Source: the human T2T-CHM13v2.0 reference genome, Homo sapiens. From it: a DNA stretch of 64,000 bases. The number at the start of each line of letters is the position of its first letter. The stretch's first letter is position 1. A program made the translations under genes and the position numbers. Shown piece after piece: positions 1 through 13,280 of this stretch. The stretch lies in the NCBI RefSeq assembly GCF_009914755.1, contig NC_060932.1. The stretch is one strand, 5' to 3'. The notes beneath the pieces are model-generated. The model searched no databases. It was given only the letters and a program-made list of their open reading frames with translations, and was not told the DNA's origin.

Positions 1-216
1 AACTGGAACATGGTTGAAGATTCCAGGAAAAAGAGAGTCCTGAGCTGGAATTGCTTCTTTATCCCTCCAGGCAAGACAACACTGAAATCTGCCACACCTT
101 TGTCTTATATTCAAATTAAAATAATAAAATAGCAACAATAATAACGAATGATCATGAAGGTGATGAGGACATTGGCCTCACAGGTTTGAGACAATCGAGT
201 GGCCCCACTTACAAGC

Positions 217-576
217 TGATATGGTTTGGCTCTGTGTTCCCACCCAAGTCTCACCTTGAATTGTAATAATCTCCACATGTCATGGGAGGGACCCAGTGGG
301 AGGTAATTGAATCACGGGGGCGGGGTTTTTCCATGCTGTTCTCATGATAGTGAATAAGTCTTATGAGATCTGATGGTTTTATAAAGGGCAGTTCCCCTGC
401 ACATGCTCTCTTGCCTGCCACCATGTAAGACATGACTTTGCTCATCCTTCACCTTCTACCATGATTGTGAAGGCTCCCTAGCCATGTGGAACTGTGAGTC
501 CATTAAACCTCTTTCCTTTATAAATTACCCAGCCTTGGGTATATCTTTATTAGCAGCCTGAGAATGGACTAATACA
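217..576 (+). mobile_element. THE1-type (ERVL-MaLR) solo LTR
   Basis: TGATATGGTTTGGCT...GGACTAATACA termini, internal ATTAAA, 5-bp TSD caagc/caaac. Confidence 0.92.
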
Positions 577-1489
577 CAAACCTTCTTTCCCCACTACTGC
601 AGGGTGCACTATAGAGGCCATGGGACAGGTGGCTGTGGGCTCCTTTGCAGAGAGAAGAAATTTAGAAAGACCCTTGTAGCAGGTGGGTGAGCAGTAGGTC
701 GTGCTGAAAAGGAGGAAAAGAAAGTGTCATCGTAATGTAGAAAGAAGTTGTGAGGTTAAGTAACCAATGCTGAAAGCACACCTGTAAACAGCTCTGCATG
801 TGAGCATGCAGTGTCAGAACACTGTACATTATATTTTGTTTGTAGAAATAGAATGGATTAAACTGGTACAATTACAAAGTAATTTGTCCAATGAGGAAAA
901 GACACCTAAGTCTACAGTGCACTTGGAGACCTAGGCATGATGAAAAGGAAGGAACAGGACAGTTTTTTTCTTGCCAACTCAACAGAGAAGGATGTCCTGA
1001 GGTGAATTTCAAAAGAGATTTGTTCTTAGAGCAGAGAAAGGAATCTTGTGGGAAAAGGCCTGGGCACAGAGATGGGAGTCCTTGAGTAGTATGCTCGTGC
1101 CCATCTACTGTTCACATGGCCGTGACGGGAGGAGGCAGTGGCTCTTCATGTTCCCAGGCCACCTTGCCTGCCTGCTGGAAGAAACGCCAGGTGAGGAATT
1201 GGTGGCATTTCACCCTTGGCTTTTGCGAGTGAGTCTGCACAGCCAATGACTGGAGATCCTTCTGCCTTGCTTGGTCTCCTTTCTCCTAGCTGCCATCCAA
1301 GAGGGCTGAGTTGATCCAATGTGGGTGGGCAAGTCTCCTGGAGTCGACACACGTCTATACATCATCTGCACTCCCAAGGGTGTTGTATAGGCAGATAATG
1401 ACGGGCACTATTATACCCTCTCTAACCACCGTACCACAATGATTGTCATGTGTGATGCAGGGTGCTACCAATTTGAAAACTTGGATAGA

Positions 1490-2240
1490 AGTCTCAGGCC
1501 TGCTGCCATATACCTCTGAGACTGTCTTAGGTGAGAGACTATGAGAAACCAGGAGAGGGTCACTGGGTTGTGCTCTCAGGAGCAATATCTGTGCAGCTGT
1601 AAAGCAGGATGGGTGGAGGAACTGCATTGCATTGTCCTGCAGGTACAACGGAGACCTCAGCTGATGCCATGGGGAGTGCTGGGCCTGCAGAGTTACCCGG
1701 CCTTGGGGCAAGGACCAGGTCTCTGTATCCATTCACTGGTCAGTACTTGGTGTGGGTTACCCTATGTATTAGTTCGTTTTCACAGTGCTATAAAGAAATA
1801 CGTGAGACTGGGTAATTTATAAAGGAAAGGCATTTAATTGACTCACAGGTCTCCATAGCTGGGGAGGCCTCAGGAAACTTACAGTCATGAAGGAAGGGGA
1901 AGCAGGCACATCTTACATGGCATGAGGAGAGAGAAATGCAAAGAAGGAACTTCCAAACACTTCTAAAACCATAAGATCTCATGAGAACTCACTATCATGA
2001 GAACAGCAGAGGGGGAAACTGCCCCAATGATCCAATCACCTCCTCCCTTGACATGTGGGGATTACAGGTTCTTCCCTTGACACATGGGGATTACAGTTCG
2101 AGATCAGATGTGGGTTGGGACACAGAGCCAAACCCTATCACCCTAGCAGGGAAGTGTAACCTTGCGGGAGCAGCTCTCTCCAGACAGGGCAGTCTCCATA
2201 CTTAGCCAATTGCTGTGGACCACCAACATTCCCAGTAGTG
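1490..2240. mobile_element. Old ERVL LTR relic (LTR16-like) interrupted by the MaLR LTR at 1765-2140
   Basis: Degenerate motifs 'gagacctcagctgatgccatggggag' and 'tgtaaccttgcgggagcagctc' continue across the inserted LTR; boundaries approximate. Confidence 0.45.
1765..2140 (-). mobile_element. THE1D/MSTA-type MaLR solo LTR
   Basis: TGTATTAGT...CCAAACCCTATCA (reverse-complement termini) with perfect 5-bp TSD cccta. Confidence 0.92.
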
Positions 2241-3930
2241 TGAGGAATGAATGGCTCAGGTCTGAAGGTAGGGCTGGACATCACACCACAGAGTACAGGG
2301 AAGAGACCCTCTGTAGAACTTTACCCTCCATGGCTTGCATTTCTCAGCTCTGAAGTCTGGCCTTGGATTAAAAGCTTGTCAAATTCTTTCTGATTTGAAC
2401 TTAAGACATTCAGCAAGGTTTGAAATCAGAAGACTTGTCCATTTTGGAACCAGAAAACTCAACCAACTGCCCTGTCTGTGCTCACCAGGCATTCAGGGTA
2501 ACCCATATATTCACATTTCTACAACTTTCCTATTATATTAAGGTTTAATACAGAGAAGCCAGTATGGCTGTAGAAAGTCTAGGAGGGCTTGTATGCAGCA
2601 CGGAGCACATCAGACCAGTTAGATCTGTGGAGCAGGAAGGAAGCCACTGCTTAATGAAGCATCTAGATAGTCCTATTGTACTTTATCTCTTTTGATCTTC
2701 AGCAAGTACCATGAAAGGCCGATACTCTTATTTTGATTTTCAAAATAGAATATAAATACGGTGAAACAAACAAAACCCCATCAATATCATCAAAGTAAAC
2801 ACAACATGAAGTGTCCCATTCCCCCCAGCCTAATAATTTTTTTCTTGTAGATTCTTCTGGAATACTACCCATCTATGCTTTTGTATATGTATACACGCTT
2901 GCTATATGTGTGTATGTCTTGAAAACATGCACTGACACACTTATAAGTTGGAGAATGCTCTGGACATTTCTCTGTTCCTTGCTTTTATCACCAAATATTG
3001 GAATTCTTTCTGATTAGATCAAACAATAATAATAGAAATTCTTATTTCCATTTCATAGATCAAAAGACTATGGCTCAAAGAACTGAGTGACATGTGCAAG
3101 GTCACTCTGCTTGCCAGCAGCAGAAATTTTGTTTCTCAGGATTCAGGGCTGATGCGAGCTTGACCTTTCTCAGCATGCCACACCTGCCTCTGAAACCAGG
3201 CCTGGCAGAGAGCACATGCTAGACAAAGCTCCGCTTGCTTTGACTGAGGCATTCAAGTCCTGCAGTGTCTCTGACAGCTGTGACTAAGCAGAAATGAAAG
3301 CAGAAAGGGGATTAACAAAGGCACCAAATACAGTAGTCATGAATCCCCAGCTGACTTCAAGCGGTCCTTAGAATCCCATTTTCAGGTCCCGCTACCTGCC
3401 ACTGTCTCACCACCTTGGTCTCATTCTGCAAAGCTTCAGGACACATTAAAGGTAGCAAGGAATCTATGAAGTCTCATATCAAGTTTGACTTTTAAAACTA
3501 GATGCCAATGTCATAGAGATTTTTCAAGGGACACTTTAAGAAAACTTTGGGGAATCGTCGCAAGGCTGATTCAGCATGATTATTGAAATAATAATAAGTC
3601 AAAATGCTAATCCAAAGAGAAATCCTGAAAAAAAAATATACGGCTAGAGAGTATTATAAACTAAACAAAACAAAAAAACTTCCATTCTTCATAAATTGCT
3701 CAGCAGCACGACTTTTTGAAGCTGTGCGATATACTGCAGAAAATCCCATTAGTCAGTCGGGCAGACCTGCAGAGTCGGTGTCAGAGTGGACGGGCCAGTG
3801 TGCCTCCATTAGAATTGCATGAAGAGCATTGAAAAACCCTGCGCCATTTTCCCTAGCACAAAGCAGTAACATTTTAGCAACACTCTTCAGCAATCTGAAA
3901 TGAAACCCCTAAATAATAAAACGAGAATCA

Positions 3931-4739
<809 letters not shown>

Positions 4740-4764
4740 ATTAGTCTTCGTTTTTGCTTTCCCA

Positions 4765-4930
4765 CTTACTACCAATGTCACCTTGGGGAGGTTTCTTCCC
4801 CTCCCCACACAGCAGGTGCATCACCTGAAAAGAGGGCACAGTCCTGAAATCAGCATCAGAGGGTTGCTATTAAGGATTAAATGAGATTATTCCAGCAAAA
4901 TGCAGACTTATGTAATGCTCCAGTGTAAAG
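4765..4930 (+). mobile_element. MIR relic
   Basis: 'ccacttact...tcaccttgggg...gggttgctattaaggattaaatgagat' MIR core. Confidence 0.6.
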
Positions 4931-5339
4931 TCAGTGCACACTAAGAGGAACTTTTGCTTACACGCTCATTGATGGACTCGGTGAATGTTGTCTATGGATG
5001 GTGCAGCTTAAGATTCAACAGTGATCCACTCAGAAGCCTAAGAATGAATTTTAACTTAGTGGGGAACTCCGCAGGGACACAGTTTGGTTTGAAGGCAGAA
5101 TCTGGAGTCAAATAGGCCTGTACCTCACTCACGGATGGCTCCCTCACTAGCAGGTTGCCTGAGCTAGACCTTTAACATAGGAAGTACCAGTTTCCTAACG
5201 AGGAAAGTCAGGATAAAGTTAGTTAAAATGCTTATGGAGTGCTTTGTTTACAGTTTAGTACTTGATAACTGTTAGATAAGATGTTTTACTTTCTAATTCC
5301 TTTATTTCCTAACAGAGTATATATACAAATCAGACATAG

Positions 5340-6720
5340 CTTAGCTTGTTATCAACTCTTTCCTTTATGCAAATGTCTCTCAAATCTATGTCTCTACATC
5401 TAATTCCTGCACTGGGCTCTAGATGTCTGTTGTCTAAACTTCTGATTGGATGGCTTCCCAAGCTGTCACAAAACCATCTTACATGGAGCTCACTAGATCC
5501 TTCTTTTCCCTCTGGTCTTCCTGAACGGACCCCACTTTGCCCAACACCCAAGAACAAAACAGATTCTTCTAGATTCCAGACTTCGTTCTCACTTTGAGCA
5601 TCTGTCAGAACGTCTTGATGGTTCTACCTCTCAAATTCTCTTGTCTCTGCCCCAGGTTGAGCTGTCTCTATTGCTTACGTGAATTATTAAACATATCCAT
5701 CTAACGTGTCTTGCTGTTCTGATCTTACCTTCCACCTGCCGCTCCTATCTGTGCAAGTGGGTCATATCATCATCCACTGTTTGTAAGAGAAAGTTCGAAT
5801 TCTTTTGTGTGCCATTCAAGGACTTTACACCTTAAAGCAGTAGTCCCCCTCCTTTTTGGCACCAGGGACTCGTTTCATGGAAGACAATTTTTCCATGAAC
5901 CGAAGGTATGGGGGATGGTTTTGGGATGATTCAAGAGCATTACATTTATTGTACACTTTATTTCTATTATTATTACATTGTAATATACGATTCACCATAA
6001 TGTAGAGTCAGTGATAGCCCTGAGCTTGTTTTTCTGGAACTAGATGGTCCCATCTGGGGGTGATGGGAGACAGTGACAGATCATCAGGTATTAGATTCTC
6101 ATAAGGAATGGGCAACCTAGATCCCTCCCATGTACAGTTCACAACAGGGTTCATGCTCGAGAATTGAATGCCACCACTGACATGACAGGATGTAGAGCTC
6201 AGGTGGTAATGTGAGTGATGGAGAGTGGCTGTAAATACACATGAAGCTTCACTGGCTCACCTGTCACTCACCTCCTACTATGCAGCCCAGTTCCTAACAG
6301 GCCACAGGCCAGTACCTGTCTGTGTCCCAGGTTTGGGGACTGCTGCCTTAATGCATCACATTTCCAGACTCACCTGCTATCTCTTGTTTTCCTCCAGAGC
6401 TTTAGTGGCACTTCTCTTTAGGGCCTATGCTCTTGCCGTTGGAAATGTCTTTCTGAATTAACCCTACACATCACCAAGATGCAGGTCAAATGTCACCTCC
6501 TCTGTGACTTTCTCCAATCATCCCCTCCTCATGCATACTTCATTAGACCAGTTCTTCCTGTACCTCTCATTCCAATACTCCCTGAACACTTTGGGAGTAA
6601 AAAGACATTTTTACTTTTTAGTTTTATTTTTCAGGTTGTCTTTGAAACTGAAACAATTGGCACCTAGATTTCACTGAATACACAGAGAAAGAGTGAATGA
6701 ATGAATGAATGAGTGAGTCA
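5340..6720 (+). mobile_element. L2 relic (fragmented, split by MER1A)
   Basis: L2-like 'atgcaaatgtctctcaaatctat', 'tcaaatgtcacctcctctgtgactttctcc' and a (tgaa)n 3' tail at ~6695-6715. Confidence 0.55.
5838..6345. mobile_element. MER1A hAT-Charlie DNA transposon
   Basis: Terminal inverted repeats cagtagtcccc.../...ggggactgctg, characteristic interior, 8-bp TSD ccttaaag/ccttaatg. Confidence 0.88.
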
Positions 6721-7249
6721 TAGCATCCTCTACAGGGCACTGCAATGGCACGACAATGTAGACTTGATGTATAGAGGCCTGGCCTCAGGGTCCAGCTTAC
6801 CCTCACCGCCTCCTACTTTGGAATCGTGGAACATTCATACAATTTTGGGATTTGGATTAGGATTTCCTAGATTACAATAATAATCATGCTATAGAAATTT
6901 ATGTCCTATATAAATATACTTGTTTATGCTTTATATGGAATATGTATGTAACCTGATTTTAACTTTGCCTGGGATAAACACTGATAACTTTTCAACATGA
7001 TTCAAACAGACCCATAAAAGCAAGACATATTTTTTAACCGAGAAATATCAATGCATTGTTTGTGTTACAATTATGGAAGAATGCATAAATGGAATTGGCT
7101 TCTAATATTCCAGAGGTTTATTGAAAAAAGAAATGTTAGGTTTAGCAGACTTCAAAATCTATAATGCTACTAACAGTCTAGTGTTCATGATATGTCTGCT
7201 GTGTGCGTGGTACTATTCTTAGTTCCTGGATTCCTCTTCTTGGTGATTC

Positions 7250-7790
7250 AGTGAGTTTTACATTATTATCCCATTTTCACTGATAAGAAAACAGTATCAT
7301 CATAAAAAACAGCTAACACTTATTATTTGACTCTTAAATGTCAGGAATTAAGTGCTTTATGTGTATTAAGCATTTAATTCTCTTGCCACCTCTATGCAAT
7401 GAGTCTGAGTACTCACACCCATTTTGGAGAGTGGAAAACTGAACCTTAAAAGGGTAAATAATGTTTGCAGGTCTCAATGGCAAGAAAGTGGCAGATCAAG
7501 AATCCAGACATGATGTGGTGCTGGAAGCCCCCAGACTTTTTCATCTCGATGCTGAACTTCCTCTTTGAATTGAGCTTCAGGCAGTTTAGATAGTTTGCCT
7601 GTGTTCACACATCCAGGAAACAGTCGAGTTGAACTTCTAACTCAAGCCAGGGTCCAGGTTTAAAAAGGAAACCAGCTTCATCAATTACAAAGAAAAGAAA
7701 AGCCTCTTGTGCCAGCTGTAGCTTTGCTGCTAACTAGCTGCAATCTGGGAAAATCACTTACCTTTCCGGCTCTTTAATACCTTCTCTGTC
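7250..7790. mobile_element. Cluster of MIR relics
   Basis: 'cccattttcactgataagaaaac', 'cccattttggagagtggaaaactgaacc', 'taactagctg...gggaaaatcacttacc'. Confidence 0.55.
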
Positions 7791-8149
7791 AGCCACAAAT
7801 TGCTGAGCTTTTAGTCAGTAATACCTAAATTATGTGTCCCAGTACTCTGGATTGTGGTGACCAGCTTTGAGTTGAACTGCAAATATTTCTCACCAAAAAT
7901 TTAAAATATAAAATTCAAAAATGACTTTTTCTATTAATACCATTGGAGTCAAAGGTACCAATGTTGTCTCCTCATTGACATTCCACAGAGTGTATCTGAG
8001 AATGAGAAAAAAGGAGCAGAAGCTGCTGGGCTGGAACTGAGGGGTGGGCCTAGGAGTGGGAAGGCAATTGAGAAACCTGGTCAAGGTCATGTTCTGACCC
8101 AGGTATCTGCTCCATTATGCATGTATGTACTTGCTGCCCTCCCCGTTCA

Positions 8150-10680
8150 CACAGCTCCAGCAGCACCTCCACCTACACACAGCTCAGCATCACCTCGACC
8201 TATGCAAGACTCCAGCATCCCCTTCACATACACACAGCTCCAGCATCCCCGCCATCTATGCATAGTTCAGCATCCTCTCCACATACCCAGGGCTCCAGCA
8301 TCACCTCCACCTACACACAGCACCAGCAGCACCTCCACCCACGCACAGTTCAGTATCACCTCCACCTCTGCAAGGCTCCAGCATCCCCTTCACTACCCAC
8401 AGCTCTCTCATCCCCTCCACCTACACACAGCTCTCTCATCCCCTCCACCTACACACAGCTCTATCATCCCCTCCACCTACGCACAGCTCTATCATCCCCT
8501 CCACCTACCCAGGGCTCCATCATCCCCTCCACCTACCCACAGCTCTATCATCCCCTCCACCTACCCACAGCTCTATCATCCCCTCCACCTACGCACAACT
8601 CCAGCATCCCCTCCACCTACGCACAACTTCAGCATCCCCTCCACCTACACACAACTCTATCATCCCCTCCACCTACACACAACTCCAGCATCCCCTCCAT
8701 CTACCCACAGCTCTATCATCCCCTCCACCTACACACAACTCTATCATTCCCTCCACCTACACACAACCCTATCATCTCCTCCACCTACACACAACTCCAG
8801 CATCCCCTCCACCTACCCACAGCTCTATCATCCCCTCCACCTACACACAACTCTATCATTCCCTCCACCTACACACAACCCTATCATCTCCTCCACCTAC
8901 ACACAACTACAGTATCCCCTCCACCTAGCCACAACTCTATCATCTCCTCCACCTACTCACAGCTCTATCATCCCCTCCACCTACCCACAGCTCTATCATC
9001 CCCTCCATCTACACACAAATCCAGCATACCCTCCACCTACACAAAACTCTACCATCCCTTCCACCTACCCACAGCTCTATCATCCCCTCCATCTACACAC
9101 AACCACAGCATCCCCTCCACCTACCCACAACTCTATCATCCCCTCGATCTATGCACAGCTCTATCATCCCCTCCACCTACACACAACTCTATCATCCCCT
9201 CCACCTACACACAACTCCAACATCCCCTCCACCTACCCACAGCTCTATCATCCCCTCCACCTACACACAGCTCTATCATCCCCTCCACCTACCCACAGCT
9301 CTATCATCCCCTCCACCTACCCACAGCTCTATCATCCCATCCACCTACACACAATTCTATCATCCCCTCCACCTACACACAACTCCAGCATCCCCTCCAC
9401 CTACACACAGCTCTATCATCCCCTCCACCTACCCACGGCTCTATCATCCCCTCCACCTACACACAACTCCAGCATCCCCTCCACCTACCCACAACTCTAT
9501 CATCCCCTCCACCTACACACAGCTCTATCATCCCCTCCACCTACACACAGCTCTATCATCCCCTCCACCTACACACAACTCCAGCATCCCCTCCACCTAC
9601 ACACAGCTCTATCATCCCCTCGACCTACCCACAGCTCTATCATCCCCTCCATCTACACACAACTCCAGCATCCCCTCCACCTACACACAACGCTATCATC
9701 CCCTCTACCTACACACAACTCCAGCATCCCCTCCCCCTACACACAGTTCTATCATCCCCTCCACCTACACACAACTCTATCATCCCCTCGATCTATGCAC
9801 AGCTCTATCATCCCCTCCACCTACCCACAACTCTATCATTCCCTCCACCTACACACAACTCCAACATCCCCTCCACCTACCCACAGCTCTATCATCCCCT
9901 CCACCTACACACAACTCTATCATCCCCTCCACCTACACACAGCTCTATCATCCCCTCCACCTACACACAGCTCTATCATCCCCTCCACCTACCCATGGCT
10001 CTATCATCCCCTCCACCTACACACAACTCCAGCATCCCCTCCACCTACCCACAACTCTATCATCCCCTCCACCTACACACAGCTCTATCGTCCCCTCCAC
10101 CTACACACAGCTCTATCATCCCCTCCATCTACACACAACTCCAGCATCCCCTCCACCTACACACAGCTCTATCATCCCCTCGACCTACCCACGGCTCTAT
10201 CATCCCCTCCATCTACACACAACTCCAGCATCCCCTCCACCTACACACAACTCTATCATCCCCTCTACCTACACACAACTCCAGCATCCCCTCCACCTAC
10301 ACACAACTCTATCATCCCCTCCACCTACACAGAACTCCAGCATCCCCTCCACCTACCCATAACTCTATCATCCCCTCCATCTACGCACAGCTCTATCATC
10401 CCCTCTACCTACACACAACTGTATCATCCCCTCCACCTACACACAATTCCAGCATCCCCTCCACCTACACACAACTCTATCATCCCCTCCACCTACACAC
10501 AACTCCAGCATCCTCTCCACCTACACACAGCTCTATCATCCCCTCCACCTACCCACAGCTCTATCATCCCCTCCACCTACACACAACTTCAGCATCCCCT
10601 CCCCCTACCCACAACTCCAGCATCCCCTCCACCTACCCACAACTCCAGCATCCTCTCCAACTATGCATGGCTCCAGCATC
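8150..10680. repeat. Minisatellite/VNTR, 28-bp unit (CAGCTCTATCATCCCCTCCACCTACACA and variant CAACTCCAGCATCCCCTCCACCTACACA), roughly 90 copies
   Basis: Period read directly. The translated ORFs repeat every 28 aa (3 x 28 nt). Edges are more degenerate than the core. Confidence 0.97.
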
Positions 10681-10896
10681 AAAGGATCCTACAAGCGAGT
10701 GTTGAGTGATCACAGACACATCTATATGGCTCTGTCCACATGCAAAATAAACTCAGTTTTGTGTTCCTCTCCTTCTATAAATTTGTTGTATTACTGTGTC
10801 CCTCATGGAAATCAGGGAGAAAATATTGATCATCTTCTATTCTCAGCTACTTTTACATAGACGGCAATAACTCTGTGCAGTTGACTGAAACAATAC

Positions 10897-11185
10897 TTTT
10901 TTTTTTTTTTTTGAGACTTGTCTCGCTTTGTTGCCCAGGCTGGAGCTCAGTGGTATAATTTCAGCCCACTGCAACCTCTGCCTCCTGGGTTCAAGTGTCC
11001 CAGCCTCCCAACTAGCTGGGATTACAGGCTCCCATCACCACACCAGGCTAATTTTTGTATTTTTTAGTAGAGATGGAGTTTCATCATGTTGGTCAGGCTG
11101 GTCTTGAACTCCCGACCTCAAATGATCTGCCCACCTCGGCCTCCCAAAATGCTGGGATTACAGGCATGAGTCACCGCGCCCCACC
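10897..11185 (-). mobile_element. AluS-type SINE
   Basis: Reverse Alu with poly-T and TSD tgaaacaatacttt on both sides. Confidence 0.92.
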
Positions 11186-12799
11186 TGAAACAATACTTTA
11201 AGAAGATGAGGGTCTCTGTGAAGCTTGAGAGATGCCTTCAGCTTTCTGAAGGCTCCTGAGGGACAGTTCATTGCATAAGATCCCACAGAGTGGAGCTAGA
11301 GCCAATGGATGGATGTCATAGGAAGGCACATACTGTGGGTGAGAAGGCTAATTTTCCACTCTTAAAGTCTTTTCAACACGGAGGAACACCCATTAGCATA
11401 ATAATCCTGGCCTTTCTCTGCCCATTTATTGGGCAAATGTTGAGTTTTGAATAAGAAACAGGTCTGCCTTGTTCTCCCTCAAAGGCGTCAATCTCCATCA
11501 CTCTCGGCCCTGGGGTAGCCTGGTGAAGGAGGCATCCTGCAAGGGAGGCTGGTAGCTGATAGCACTGCCATACCAGGGTGGGTAAGTAGTTAAATCCAGG
11601 GCTCACGACTCATGTATCTTTTTGCCCAAAGACATAAACAAAAATCTGCAATTTGTCCTATCCAATTGGTTCAGCACTCATTTGGGGAAAAGAAGGTATT
11701 GTTTTTCAGTGCTGCTTCACACCCAACTTCAGATTCCATCTCCTTGGATGATGAGGCCACTGAGGTTATCACCACTCCACTGTGGACAGACTGCCTCAGA
11801 AGCCTCCTATCACCCAGGGTGCTCAGGAATTGAGGTTGGGGGTGGCACACAGGAGAGTCCGTCAGTGCTGGGTAGAGGGTTCGAATAGGTCAGTGAGTGG
11901 TGTTCCCATTTCAACAAGTCTGTTTCGTTTATAGCAGTTTTATATGCTGGATTCTAAAAATTAAAAAAAGAAAAAGTTTGAAAATGATTAGACTAAATGA
12001 ATACCTCTGGAAGTCTTAGCTATTCCATTGTGATCCAGAAGGCAGGTATGAATTATGTGGCTGAAAATCAGACCTCAGCAATCTTTTTGCTCATAGTTTT
12101 CATTTCTTATTCCTAAATATTGTTTTCTTTCCTCTCTGTTTCTAAGTGTTGTTTTATCAGCATTTTTTAAAAATATTCTTTCTGATCCAGTTTATTTCAA
12201 AATGATTGCAAGGTGATTTTTAAAAATATATTTTGTGAGGCAAAGAAACAAAGTCCCACAAAAACATCAGCAGATGTAGAATTAGAGGAAAGATCCAGGG
12301 TCAAGTCCAGGCTTTGCTCCTCCCTTTGGACAGAGACTTTGCTGCCCTCAGAGGGCAAGAGTGAGGATAAAGGGGAAAGAGTTCTTTGCCATCATAAAGC
12401 ATGACAAACATTAGTCTTCTGATTATGATTATTATTGGTAGGAATTTCATATGAATCCTTCCACTGGTGTACTTAAGTGATATTTTATTTAGTAAACTAG
12501 TAAATTAGTCAATTCTTATATTGCCAAGAGATTTTGACCTATTCAGAACTTTTAAAAAAAAATCTCATTATTAGTTAGATAAGTTGATATATTGACTATG
12601 AATAATTCATAACCATCTTATAAATTACCTTAATACCTATGATACATGTTGCATGAATACATAAGTTGTTGTTATTAATCTGTTTGACTTTAGAGAACTA
12701 TATTTTCATATTAGAAGCATTGTGGTTGGGTTTCTATATATTCCTCAGCAATCAATGGGGTCAGTCCCATTTATCATCATGATCCTAATTGCTGGGTTT

Positions 12800-13280
12800 T
12801 TTTGGTGGTTCCTGTGTGCCCATCACTGCGGTGAACACTTGAGGTCTAGAGGTTAATGAATACTGTCCTCACCTGGAGGAGAATATACCCAAAATGAAGA
12901 AATCTGGGTCACAAACACATAATTGCAGCACAATATGGTAAGTATGATACCAGAGGAAACCACAGGATGTAGAGAGTGTGACATAGGGCACACAGAGGCA
13001 TTTAACACGTAGGGGTAGAAAAAGGCTTTCTGGACAGATGCTGCTGCAGTTGGATCTTGAAGGCATAGGTAGATACATAAGGAATAAGAGGAGGGCGTGA
13101 CAAGCACAGAAGCCATCATAAACAAGGGCATAGAGTGAGTAAAATAACAAAGTGCAGGGAGACAGAATGTGGGCTGCCAGATGTGGGCTGCCAGAGTCCA
13201 GGAGAGAAGCAGGAGATGAAGCTCAATGGACAGACTGATTCAGGTCAGGTCATGGAGAGCCAGGCATAGCATGTTGATCA
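12800..13280 (-). mobile_element. L2 relic
   Basis: 'ttcctgtgtgcc...gaatactgtcctcacctggaggag' and 'aaggctttctggacagatg' L2-like; degenerate. Confidence 0.45.

Noticed and set aside
2041-2097. Duplicated 'cccttgaca..tggggattacag' inside the MaLR LTR
   Set aside because: Likely a subfamily variant of THE1D/MSTA; no evidence of local significance.
8150-10680. CRISPR-like array (28-bp repeats)
   Set aside because: The units are head-to-tail with no unique spacers, there are no cas genes, and the context is eukaryotic.
8117-10709. 862-aa 'mucin/extensin-like' ORFs as a bona fide annotated CDS
   Set aside because: Fully explained by a stop-free 28-bp unit. There is no signal peptide, no non-repeat domain and no evident promoter. 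Kept only as a hypothesis.
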